Origin: Squalus acanthias
Taxonomy: Eukaryota
Direction of reading: 5' to 3'
DNA: 64,000 nucleotides
Assembly: GCA_030390025.1 (NCBI GenBank)
Contig: CM059432.1
Coordinates: 62,684,001-62,748,000, forward strand
Part shown: positions 13,694 to 24,180 of the stretch, in pieces
How the letters are laid out: the number at the start of each line of letters is the position of its first letter
How positions within the stretch are numbered: the first letter of the stretch is position 1
The notes under the pieces: model-generated
Databases searched by the model: none
Told to the model about the DNA's origin: nothing
What the model saw: the letters and a program-made list of their open reading frames with translations, nothing else
Program-made: the position numbers and the translations under genes

Positions 13694-14002
13694 ATATCAA
13701 GCTTGATAGTTACATTGGCATATATTGCATTTACAGCTCAAGTCCTGCAGTATGCACATGGATAGCTTCAAACCCAAGCTAGTATATAGCCATTTAGCAA
13801 TGAAGCAAAGATGATTTTATATAAGTGAGTTGGAAGAATATAAATGTTCCTACTTTATGCTGGCGCCAGACTGATGTTAAGCTATTTTGATTGTTTCAGG
13901 TTTCAGGTTCTTTTTAATAAACAACAATAACCACATGTGGAAATACCTTTCATGACTACAAGTTTGCTTAATTATACCTGACTTCCTTCTTCATTCTCAC
14001 AG

Positions 14003-14182
14003 GCTGAATTTAGAATTGTTTACAGCCAAAGATGTCATGGAGCTTCAAGTAAAGGTCCTCCACCTGAAGGAAAAGGTCTCTTCCCTGGCTGAGCTTCTCC
14101 TGGAGACAAGCCATGGTGGATTCCCTGTGATTTATCAACTAGAACAAGCCCATGAGGAAGTATTTATAGGAAGCATCACCAG
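14003..14182 (+). CDS. CLC-family chloride transporter (CLC-6/7 branch), exon encoding CBS1
   Basis: Acceptor cttcttcattctcacAG and donor AG|GTGAGC, phase 2/2. Translates (R)LNLELFTAKDVMELQVKVLHLKEKVSSLAELLLETSHGGFPVIYQLEQAHEEVFIGSIT(R); TAxDVM...HxGFPV...GxIxR is the CLC CBS1 pattern. Confidence 0.9.
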
Positions 14183-15329
14183 GTGAGCAATTTGTGTGCT
14201 AGAACCCCACTGGTTTTGTCACTTGGTGTTATGAATGAATGTTGATGAATTATATCGGCCTGATGCTTTGCACCTTTGAACAATAAGAAACCACTGAGCA
14301 GCTGCTAGTAGGAACCAACATGTCAGGAGTGTTGAAACAAACAGTTTTATAATGATGCATGAGCAAATCTAAATCCAAACCACATTGTTTGGAAAATAAA
14401 TATTTCAGTTTAACTAATAGTTACCCAAAGGAACTTTTGATTAAACAAAGTACTTGTGATATTAAAAAACAGAATTATTATAAATAAGAAATGAAATGAA
14501 AATAATTCACAGGAAACAGTCACACCCAATGGCTTTGTAGCAGTTGGGATTCATTATTAACAAATTAGTTCACAGAACTCTGGCTGTAGCTTTAACTTCT
14601 GAATAAAGTGAGCCAACACTCTAATCTCCTCACTAATATGTATAACGAGCTCGTCAGTTCTTGCTCAGGATTCTGCATAAAAAAATCCCAGTGGGCGTGA
14701 GGATGAACGGAAATGACATTCTGCTTATGCTGACCTAAGAAAGTGCATTGCTGTTGGCCAATAAATGCTGTGGTGTTAGTTTGAAAACCATAGAAATATA
14801 TTACAGGACTGGCCACTTTGCCAGTTGGGCAAGAATGGTGCAAGATAATCCAGCAAAGGAAGTAAAAGCAGGAAAACCAAATAATTAAGATGCATTCTGT
14901 GACACTGGTCACAACAAACTGCCAGCTGTGTTTGAAGATGAAATCCATTTTACTTTATGTAGTTATGCTTGTCATAATCTATGTGCAATTGATGCAAAAA
15001 TAGATTAAATTAGCAGTAGAGACTCATTATAGTCATATGGCCTGACCCACAATCTGACAACGGTTTCTGTGTTTTTTGAAATTATTCCCTCATTTTTCTC
15101 CTCATTCCCTGATTTCTTTCTGCTATTTACCAACTTTAGCTGCAAGGGTAGGCGAATAACCTCCTTGCAAACTTCTGTGAATCTCATCAGGAGGTACATA
15201 AGAACAGTCTGGAGATGATTCTCCCTTTGAAAAGAAGAGATTTATGTAACACCTTGTTATGTCATCAAAATGTCTCAAATTACCTCCACAGTACTTTCCT
15301 TTTTGTTTTGATGTACATTGATTGTTGTT

Positions 15330-15510
15330 CTGTAAGGAGAACAGCAGTCACTCTGTGCTAGCAATTCCCTACTAACATCAGCTAGATGAATAGTGCTATT
15401 TAGTGAGGGTAAAATGCTAGCCAGGATACCAGGAGCACTCTTACGATTCAAGTAATGCCATGGGATCTTTAATGTCCAGGCAGATGGAACTTCAGTTTCA
15501 TCCGAAGGTT
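15330..15510 (-). mobile_element. Decayed Deu-domain SINE fragment
   Basis: gccaggataccaggag...aatgccatgggatctttaatgtcc resembles the reverse complement of the Deu core at 13400-13500. Confidence 0.55.
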
Positions 15511-15579
15511 TCCTTCTCCCCCCAGAGTGACACAACTGAGATCAGAAACAAAGTGAGATACAGAATCATAAAGTTATCA

Positions 15580-17366
15580 TTAGGAGTCTACAGGAAAGAC
15601 AGGGAAAATGGCAGAGGGGGAGGAGTAGCCTTAGTGATTAAGGGTGAAATCACTTCAATGATAAGAGAGGATATAATGAGAGGTAAGCTGGCAGTGGAGA
15701 CTTTATGGGTAGAATTAAAAAATAGGAAAGGATTTAAGACTGTAGTGGGAGTTGTGTATAGGCCCCCTGGTAGCAGCTGTGAAGTGTTAGATTGTATAAA
15801 TGCAGAGATTAGACAAGCGTGTAGTAAAGGCAGCTTGGTTTTAATGGGGGATTTTAACTTTCATATAGATTGGGATAAGCAGACTAGCACCTGTCAGAAA
15901 GGTAGTGAATTTCTTGAGTGTGTCGGGGATAGTTTTCTACAACAATATGTCTCAGAGGCAACAAGGGGACATGCCATATTAAATTTAGTAATGAGTAATG
16001 AGTCAGATTTAGTTAACAGCCTAACTGTGCCTGATCATTTATCCAATAGTGATCATAACATGATCGAGTTTAACGTAGTTTTTGAAAGAGAGAAACATGA
16101 AACAACTACTAAGATTCTAGATTTGGGTAAGGCTGACTTCAAAGGGATGAGATCGAGACTATCCACAGTAAACTGGGCAAATCTGTTAATGGGTAAAATG
16201 ACAGAAGATCAGTGGGAGATGTTCAAAAAAGAATTTAATGTGATACAGAACCAGTTTATACCCCTGAGGGCCAAGAGCTCTACTTGCCAAAAAAACTCAG
16301 CCATGGACGACTAAAGCGGTAAGCGACAGCATAAAACTAAAAGATAAAGCATACAAAAATGCAAAAAATAGCACAGATCCTGGTGAATGGGAAAGATACA
16401 AAGAACAGCAAAGGGCCACAAAACAGATAGTAAGAGCTACAAAAAGGGAGTATGAAAAGAAACTTGCAAGGGATATCAAAATCAACACAAAGAATTTTTA
16501 CAATTACATTAGGAAAAAGAGGGTGGTCAGGTGCAATGTTGGCCCCTTAAAAACTGAAAGCGGTGATATTATCAATGATAATAAGGAAATGGCAGACATG
16601 TTGAATAATTACTTTGCATCAGTATTTACAGTAGAGGAAGAGGATAGCAGGCCAGAAATCCCAAGGAAACTAATATTGAATGAGGGACAGGGACTCTCCA
16701 AAAGTCCAAAAATGTGTGGGTTAGGTTGATTTGGCTATGATAAATTGACCCTTAGTGTTAGGGGGGGATTAAATATGTGGGGTTATGAGGATAGGATGGG
16801 ATATGTTAGGGGGAATTAAATACGTGGGGTTACGGGGGTAGGGTGGGATATGTGTACTGTGGGGATTAAAGCAGGGACAGGGTACTGGATTTTGGATGAT
16901 CAGCCATGATCGTATTGAATGGTGGAGCAGGCTCGACGGGCCGAATGGCCTACTCCTGCTCCTAGATTCTATGTTTCTATGACTCAATAAAATTAATGTA
17001 AGTAAAATAACAGTAATGAAGAAAATAACGACACTACAGAGAGACAAATCCCCAGGACCAGATGGTTTCCATCCCAGGGTTTTAAAGGAAGTAGGTGAGC
17101 ACATTGCAGATGCTCTAACTATAATCTTCCAAAGTGCTCTCGATTTAGGAACCGTCCCTTTAGATTGGGAGATTGCGCCTGTCACTCAGCTATTTAAGAA
17201 TGGCGAGAGAGGGAAACCAAGGTATTATAGACCAGTTAGCCTAACATCTGTTGTCGGGAAATTGCTAGAGTCTATAATTAAGGATAGGGTGACTGAACAC
17301 CTCGAAAATTTGCAGTTGATCAGCATGGATTTGTGATAGGTAGGTCATGCCTGACAAACCTGATTG
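15580..17366 (+). mobile_element. CR1 LINE fragment (APE endonuclease to start of RT)
   Basis: YRKDR...GGGVAL, GVVYRPP, MGDFN and SDHN endonuclease motifs; KSPGPDGFHPRVLKE. Confidence 0.9.
16697..16980 (+). mobile_element. 5'-truncated V-SINE with an alternative CR1 tail
   Basis: GACTC TSD at 16692-96 and 16981-85. Body matches the HE1-type copies; tail matches the 3' end of the CR1s at 3482 and 55264. Confidence 0.8.
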
Positions 17367-19090
17367 ATGGCAAGATTTAGTTAGGTTGCACCACTGCACC
17401 CATGCGGCAGCCACATGCTGAACCCACTTGTTCCCACCCCTTCACAAGCACAAAGCAGTCCTGCAATTATCAAAGCATCCCTTTCACAGACACCCATTGC
17501 TCGGATTTAAATCTTGTCTTACCATTCATCAGAAGTGAGAAGGCCACTTGCCCGGCAATAATGGGCAAGACTGTAAAGTGGTGCAAAGAAATAATTTTTA
17601 TGTGGTTCAACATTTAAACATAAACTTAACAATGTAAAATTGTGTAACACACCCATGTGCAACTACAAATGTTTTATCTTCCTTTTCCTACTACTCCTAT
17701 GTCGTGCAACCCCTGTGGCTTCAGCAGAGGTAGAGGCAGGCTGCTCACATACTTGCTCTGACTGCTGAGATGCTTTTGGCCGACGTTCTCTGGGTTTTGG
17801 AGCCCGTAAGGGCCCCGCCAAAGATTGCTGCACCTGCCATCGGGACACGAGGCAGCATGTGGGGCATTGACTAAGGGGGCTTGCAAAGGGTGAGAAGTGG
17901 AAGTCCCCACTTCCCTGTTTCCTTTCTTCATCTTCCCTCTCATGGCCTACCTGCACTTGCCTGCTAGCAATGAGCCAGAGAGCACTTTGCTGCACATCAG
18001 TGTGGCGATGATTGGCCAAGGCTAGGTTTTGATCAATCCTATTTAAGGTGGTATTCAGAGTGTGCAAGCCATTGGTGAGTACTAGCATGCACTCATTTGA
18101 CTGCCGTGCTTGATGCTCCATTCAGGTGGCCACTCTTTCCATGGACGAGCACATCATGGCTAAGGCATGCGACATCATGCCACTCATGCTTGAGACAGAC
18201 TCCTCCATTCTCTCTGTAAGCGTGCAGAGTGCAGCTGGAAAGTCTGCCAGAATCTCTCAATTTTTGCTGCTGTTCCAGAATTATCCTCTTCGTTGACAGC
18301 CCCTGAGGTTCAGTATCTGCGTCCAGCTGAGCAGAGCTTGGAGCATCTTGCCCCCTCCAATGAGGACTCTCCACTGCTGTCCTTGTCTCCACCATCTGCT
18401 CTTTCTCACATGTGATGTATGAGGCACCAGGTGACAACACAACTATCTGTCTTACTGGTCCCACCGACTTGCATGTATCTGAGCTGGTGCTTGGTCTGCA
18501 TGAGTCCTGTGACAGTGCACCCTCAGAGTGAGTGACCTCCTCTGAGGAGTCGTCATCGTCCTCCGGCACCATCTCCTGCGGGACAGTTGATAGGCCTGTG
18601 GGAGATTAAAGACATGAATTAGAACTGTAATGATAAGAATGATTTAAGTGAACATTATGCACATGTTCATATTTCATTGGCTGTTGACATCAAGTCAACA
18701 TGAGTGAGTGTTGTATGCCATGTGGCTGTGTGATATTCAAATCTGTCACCAGGAAACTGGGAGGCCCCCATCTCTCCATCTCCAATCAGCAGTCCGCCGA
18801 CACTCGGTTTATCTCTCCTCCTCTACAGCTGTCAGTGTGGTGATGGCTGGAGGGTCACCTCTGGTTCTCTGCCTCTCCCTGGTGTTCTGTGCTCTCTTCT
18901 CCTGCAAGTAGGGAAACAAGAGACCTTTGAGTGAGAATAATGGAATGTGTGGAACGAATGGATGGACAACATTTGTTGAGGGTGACTATGAGGGAGAGGC
19001 GTGACATTGCTTTAAGATGAGGGTGAGTGCCAGTGGTGGATGGTCACATGGGGATGTGAGGAAGTGCATAGACAGAGCGGGATGGGTGCA
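17367..19090 (+). mobile_element. Harbinger fragment: transposase C-terminus plus Myb-like exon 2-3 relics on -
   Basis: atggcaagatttagttag (MARFS*) at about 17368. Minus-strand frames 17663-18572 resemble exon 3 of the intact Myb-like gene (LAGPLRAPKPR, QPASTSAEATGVARHRSSRKRK). Confidence 0.75.
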
Positions 19091-20121
19091 CTGAATGTTT
19101 GGAAGGTAGCAAATGTAACCCCGCTATTCAAGAAAAGAGGGAAAGAGAAAACAGGGAACTACAGTCCAGTTAGCTTGACATCAGTTGTCAGGAAAATGCT
19201 GGAATCCATTATGAAGGAAGTGGCAACAGGACACTTAGAAAATCATAATATGATTAGGCAGAGTCAACATGGTTTTATGAAAGAGAAATCGTGTTTAGCG
19301 AATTGATTAGAGTTTTTTGAGGATGTAACTAGCAGCGTAGATAAAGTGGAACCAGTGGATGTAGTATATTTGGATTTCCAAAATTCATTCGATATGGTGC
19401 CACATAAAAGCTTGCTACGCAACATAAGGACTCATGGGGTTGGGGCTAATGGACAGAAAACAGAGAGTAGGGATAAACTGGTCATTTTCCGGTTGGCAGG
19501 CTGTAAACAGTGGAGTGCCACAAGGATCAGTGCTTGGGCCTCAGCTACTTACAATCTATATTAATGACTTAGATGAAGAGACCGAGTGCAATGTATTCAA
19601 ATTTGCTGACGATACAAAGCTAGGTGGGAAAGTAAGCTGTGAGGAGGACACAAAGGGATATAGACAGGTTAACTGAGTGGGCAATAAGGTGGCAGATGGA
19701 GTATAATGTGGGGAAATGTGAGGTTATTCACTTTGGTAGAAAGAATAGAAAAACAGAATATTTTTTAAATGGTGAGAAACTATTAAATGTTGGTGTTCAG
19801 AGAGATTTTGGGGCTAAAAATTCAGTTGGTTGCGCCTCCCGTTAGCGCCTTAAGAGGGCGCTAATGGGGCGCAAAGCAGCTAGCGCCCGGGCGCAGCAAT
19901 GTTTGCGCCGCTCGCGAACTTAACTAGACATTTTGCGGCGGCGCTAAACTTTATCGCCGCGGTCCCCTGCGCGCGCAGATTCTGACGTCATACGAGAGTG
20001 CAACGCCCTTGTGGCGCCCTGGAGCAGAATTTCAGTGGTGCCCCCATCCTTACCGCCTGGCGCATCCAACGACCGGTAGAGTGGAACGCTAACAATCGCT
20101 GTGGGGCTGGGGGGGGGGCGC

Positions 20122-20129
20122 TATTTAAA
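20122..20129 (+). promoter_or_regulatory. Candidate TATA box of the Harbinger transposase gene
   Basis: TATTTAAA about 200 bp upstream of the ATG; conserved in the MITE copy (ctttaaatag at about 25521, opposite strand). Confidence 0.45.
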
Positions 20130-20323
20130 GGGGGCCTCTTCCTGTCTTTCTCTGTGGTTGACATTTTTGCACCACTCGTTCTGAGAGAGAGAGAGAGATT
20201 CGGAGAGAGAGAAAGAGAGACTTGTGCATTGAGTCAACGCTGTGTGAGGTAGTTTTGCCTACTGATCCTAACTTCGCTGGTACTTTGGTTTCTGGCCTTC
20301 ATAACTTTGCTTGCTAAGAGACT

Positions 20324-21354
20324 ATGGGGGCTGCACTGATGGGGGGCGTCGTCCTGCGCCAGCTGAATCGGAGGAGACAGAGACGCAGAGAGAGAGTGGC
20401 AATGATGGCCAGACGGAGGAGGGCCAACAGGCGTCTGTACAGGAGAGCTTACCCTCCCAGGGTATATCGTGGCCAGCTCTCCTACATTCATATGTCTGAT
20501 GAGCAGTGTCTGCGAAGGCTGCGCTTCAGCAAGGAGGTGGTCACTGAGCTCTGCCACCTGCTGCAGCCAGATCTGCAGCCTCAACTGAGGTCCAGGACGT
20601 CTCTGTCGGTGGCAGTGAAGGTCACAGTGGCTCTGAACTTTTATGCTACTGGCTCATTTCAATCTGCTGTTGGAGACATCGCCAATCTCTCCCAGTTCGC
20701 GGTGCATTGCTGCATCCGGCAGGTCACAAATGCCCTCTTTAAAAGGAGACGAGAGTACATCTCTTTCCCCATGACCCCAGACAAGCAGCAAGAACGCGCT
20801 CTGGGCTTTGCGAGGATAGCGGGCTTCCCCATGGTGCAGGGCGCCATTGACTGCACGCATGTGGCTTTGCGTGCTCCGCATGAGAATGCCGAGGATTTCC
20901 GGAACAGAAAGGGGTTCCATTCCTTGAATGTTCAGTTGGTCTGTGACCACAGACAGCTGATACTCGCTGTCAATGCCCACTATCCTGGCAGCTGCCACGA
21001 TGCATTCATCCTGCGCCAGACTACTGTGGCAGAACTTTTCGAGGCACCGCATCAGCCAGTTGGTTGGCTTCTCGGGGACAAGGGGTATCCACTGAGCACC
21101 TGGCTGATGACACCGCTCCGTACGCCCAACACCCCTGCTGAGCTGCGGTACAACGAGAGCCATCAAGCTACCAGGAACATCGTTGAGCACACAATCGGCG
21201 TGCTCAAGCAACGGTTCCGCTGTCTGGACCATTCTGGAGGAGCCCTGCAGTACTCGCCTGAGCGAGTTTCCAACCTCGTAGTTGTGTGCTGCATGCTGCA
21301 TAACATGGCAATCCTCAGGACCCAGCCAATGCCACCAGGCCTTGGAGCACCACC

Positions 21355-21385
<31 letters not shown>

Positions 21386-21484
21386 GAGGAGGATGATCAG
21401 CAGCAGCACCAAGGCGTGAGGGCGGCCCACAATGGTGAAACTGCAAGGGCCGTCCGTCAGCGGCTGATAGCAAGCCGCTTCTAG
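20324..21484 (+). CDS. Harbinger transposase (HARBI1-like, DDE_Tnp_4 type), 386 aa
   Basis: Uninterrupted ORF with GAIDCTH, NRKGFHSLNVQLVCD, YPGSCHDA, LLGDKGY, RNIVEHTIGVLKQRFRCL and CCMLHN motifs and an acidic tail. Confidence 0.95.
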
Positions 21485-21795
21485 GCCCCTGCTGTGGAAA
21501 TGGCTTCTGCCATTGAGAACAGCATGAATGAACCCAACACGCAACCCCTAAGCCGGCCAAGGCACCAATGATTCCAAACACCAAACATATATATTTTGAG
21601 TACCAAAACTTATTTATTTTACAAACTCTGTGTGTGTCATTTCTTCATGACAAACTCATACAAATAAACACAAAAAAACAGTCATTACCATAACTGGTTC
21701 TCACAACCTGGAGATCATGTCCAAAACACTCAACAAAAGTTTGACCACGAACCTCGGCCTTTAATAAAAAAATGACCAGCATTTTGTCACACCTC

Positions 21796-22751
21796 CTACT
21801 TTTTGCCCATCGAGGGTGAACTCCTTCCCGTGCGCACTTCCCCCCTTCTAACCCTACTGCTCCTCCGTAATGGGACCTCAGTGGCTGCAGCAAGGCTGGT
21901 GGAAGGCTGCTGACTGTCAGACCCTGACAATGCAGATGCCCTTGAGGGACGGCCTCGACCAGTTCTGGGCCTGGAGGGCCCGTCTGCAGACTGCACCAAC
22001 TCTGCATGGGCGGCAGCAGTCTGTCCTACAGGCGGTGGCAACTGCAGTGGAGGAGTGACAGTGTTGGCAGCAGGAATGCTGTCATCTTGAGCGAGGACAG
22101 CAACTCCCTGCTCGACCGGCACACTGGCACTCCCACGGGGCAGCACCTCAGCATCCGGAGCAATCTGCTGGAGCACAGATTGCTGGCCTGCTGCGGCGCG
22201 GTGAGAGCCCCGGGGAAATGTGTCCGAACCAGCGAGGATGGCAGCAGACAGTGCTCGCGTGGCCTCAATCTGAGTCTGCATGAGAGCAGTCTGAGATTGA
22301 ATTGCAGCACTGAGCTTCAGTGTCGCATCCGCCTGCGCTGCAGCGAAGTGCTCCACACTCCTTGCCAGTGCTTCAATGCATTCGGGCACCCTACCCACTG
22401 CAGCCATGAGCTCAGTGTGCATGCCCACCGCCTGGGTGTTCATTTCCGCGATCAGCCGCTCCTCCTCTGCGTCCAGTGCAGCAGGACTCGCTGGCATACT
22501 CTCCCTCCGGGGAGAAGGCCCCCGTTCTTCCCTACCCCCATGGCGTTGCTGCAGCCCGCTGGGTCCTGGAGCTTCACCCTCATCAGACCCTTCCCCCCTG
22601 CTCCCCTCCAGGGAAGGCGTGTCCTCAGTGTCGGCATGGGCTTCCTCGGGAGAGGGTGGCACTGATGCTCCGGCTTCCTCTTCCTCCTCGGCTGCAGCCT
22701 CACTCCCACTGGCAGCTTCAGGGCCCGTCTCCTCAGCTGGTGAATCACCAT
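21796..22751 (-). CDS. Harbinger Myb/SANT-like protein, exon 3
   Basis: Acceptor cctccctgctttcAG, phase 1, in frame with ORF 21796..22662. Total CDS is 237+163+956=1356 nt (451 aa), with an acidic segment, a probable coiled coil and a basic C-terminus. Confidence 0.85.
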
Positions 22752-22910
22752 CTGAAAGCAGGGAGGTACAAGAGTGGCTTTAGCGTGAGGACAGGGTGGC
22801 AGTAAGGGAGGAATAAGTGCAGCGAGTTAGTAAGTTGGATTGAAAGTGTCAAAGGCTGGTGTTGTGAGGGACAAGTGGAAGGACAGAGGACAAAAAGGTG
22901 ATGACCTTAC

Positions 22911-23073
22911 CATTGCTGTCCAGAACGGGGTCGGCGTCTCCAGTGGCGACGGGACCGATCACCCGGCTTGCCACAATCCTGTGGACGCGCTCCTCAAGAT
23001 CGCTGAGGGGTTGCAGCTGAGGCCGCCCTCCACCCGTCCGTTGCTGCTGTCTCCTATTATGAGATAGCTTGGC
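22911..23073 (-). CDS. Harbinger Myb/SANT-like protein, exon 2
   Basis: Acceptor tcctttttcttgcAG. Translates AKLSHNRRQQQRTGGGRPQLQPLSDLEERV...DSN, with the conserved TGGG. Donor G|GTAAGG; 163 bp, phase 0 to 1. Confidence 0.88.
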
Positions 23074-23103
23074 CTGCAAGAAAAAGGACGGCGTCTGAGT
23101 AAA

Positions 23104-23211
23104 TATACAGCCATGGTCTTGCCTGATGTGCCTCCCATAGGTGAATAGCCCTTACTGTATACAGCCATGGTCTTGCCTGATGTGCCTCCCATAGGTGAAT
23201 AGCCCTTACTG
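23104..23211. repeat. Perfect 54-bp tandem duplication in intron 1 of the Myb-like gene
   Basis: tatacagccatggtcttgcctgatgtgcctcccataggtgaatagcccttactg at 23104-23157 and 23158-23211. Confidence 0.95.
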
Positions 23212-23357
23212 TATGCAAAGTGTGGAATGTGTGTGTGTGCTTCATGAAAGGGCCATAGGTGTTGGATGAGTGTTGTTAATTGTGGTTTTAAGACCCTCTG
23301 GCCATAGAGTGAGGTTGAGATGGAGGAATGGAGAGGTATTGCAAAAAAGCCACTCAC

Positions 23358-23594
23358 CCTGACGACCCGAGTGAGGTCGTTGAACTTTTTCCGGCATTGG
23401 ACATGGGTCCTGGGCACCATGCTCCTGGAGGAGACGTGCTGAGCCACCTCCCTCCACACTCTTCTGTAGTCGCGCGGCAAAGGCCTCCTGCCACTCTCTG
23501 GGTACAGTATTGATCTTCGGCGCTCCACCGCGCCAACCAGAGCATCCAAGGCCCGCTCGCTGAAGCACTGAGCTCGTTCTCTCACCCTCTCCAT
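23358..23594 (-). CDS. Harbinger Myb/SANT-like protein, exon 1
   Basis: MERVRERAQCFSERALDALV...WREVA...RTHVQCRKKFNDLTRVVR (trihelix/Myb-like), then donor GTGAGT; 237 bp, phase 0. Confidence 0.9.
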
Positions 23595-24180
23595 CCTTGG
23601 CTGGAAAATGGAATCTCAGGTCTCTCCAGGTCGAGATTCAAGGCTGCAATGAGCAGGGTGTGGCTGGGGAGCAAGATCGCCCCCCCCCTTTAATAACTGG
23701 CCGGCGCCAGTGTGTCTCTGTTCCCTCGCTAACTGGCAGCACCTGCGCTGCGCCCGCGCTCTGAGTTAGCGCCTCACTCCTCGGCCTTTGCGCCTTAAGA
23801 CAGGTGTGCAGCGCCTGATTTAGTGCTCCAATCACCTCCCGGGGCGTTAAAACTCAAGTTTCCAGTCAGTGGCGATAATTAGCGCCAGGCGCTAATCTTT
23901 GCGCCCGGCCGATAATTGCGCCCCAAATGGGGCGATACTGAATTTTTCCCCCTTGGTGTTCTTGTACAGGAAACACAGAAAGTTAACATGCAGGTACAGC
24001 AAGCAATTAGGAAGGCAAATGGCATGTTGGCCTTTATTGCAAGGGGTTTGGAGTACAAGAGTAAGGAAGCCTTACTACAATTGTACAGGGCTTTGGTGAG
24101 ACCACACCTGGAGAACTGTGCACAATTTTGGTCTCCTTATCTGAGGAAGGACTTACTTGCCTTAGAGGTGGTGCAACAAG

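Larger units (their letters stand above)
19811..23952 (+). mobile_element. Apparently intact autonomous PIF/Harbinger DNA transposon (4142 bp)
   Basis: 16-bp TIRs GGGCTAAAAATTCAGT / GGGGGAAAAATTCAGT (2 mismatches). TTG TSD at 19808-10 and 23953-55. Removing the element restores the CR1 frame (VQRDF-GVLV). Two convergent intact genes. Confidence 0.95.
19090..24180 (+). mobile_element. CR1 fragment (19090-19810 and 23953-24180) hosting the intact Harbinger
   Basis: Frameshifted RT motifs continue across the Harbinger insertion. Confidence 0.88.

Noticed and set aside
1..14002. Upstream CLC exons
   Set aside because: No convincing phase-2 exon with CLC transmembrane motifs found by eye; probably outside the window, though a small exon could have been missed.
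20654..21544. 296-aa antisense ORF
   Set aside because: Shadow frame of the GC-rich transposase; no recognisable motifs.
22959..23357. Read-through of ORF 22959..23594 with repeated KGYSPMGGTSGKTMAVY
   Set aside because: Lies past a strong GTGAGT donor; the repeat is the intronic 54-bp duplication.
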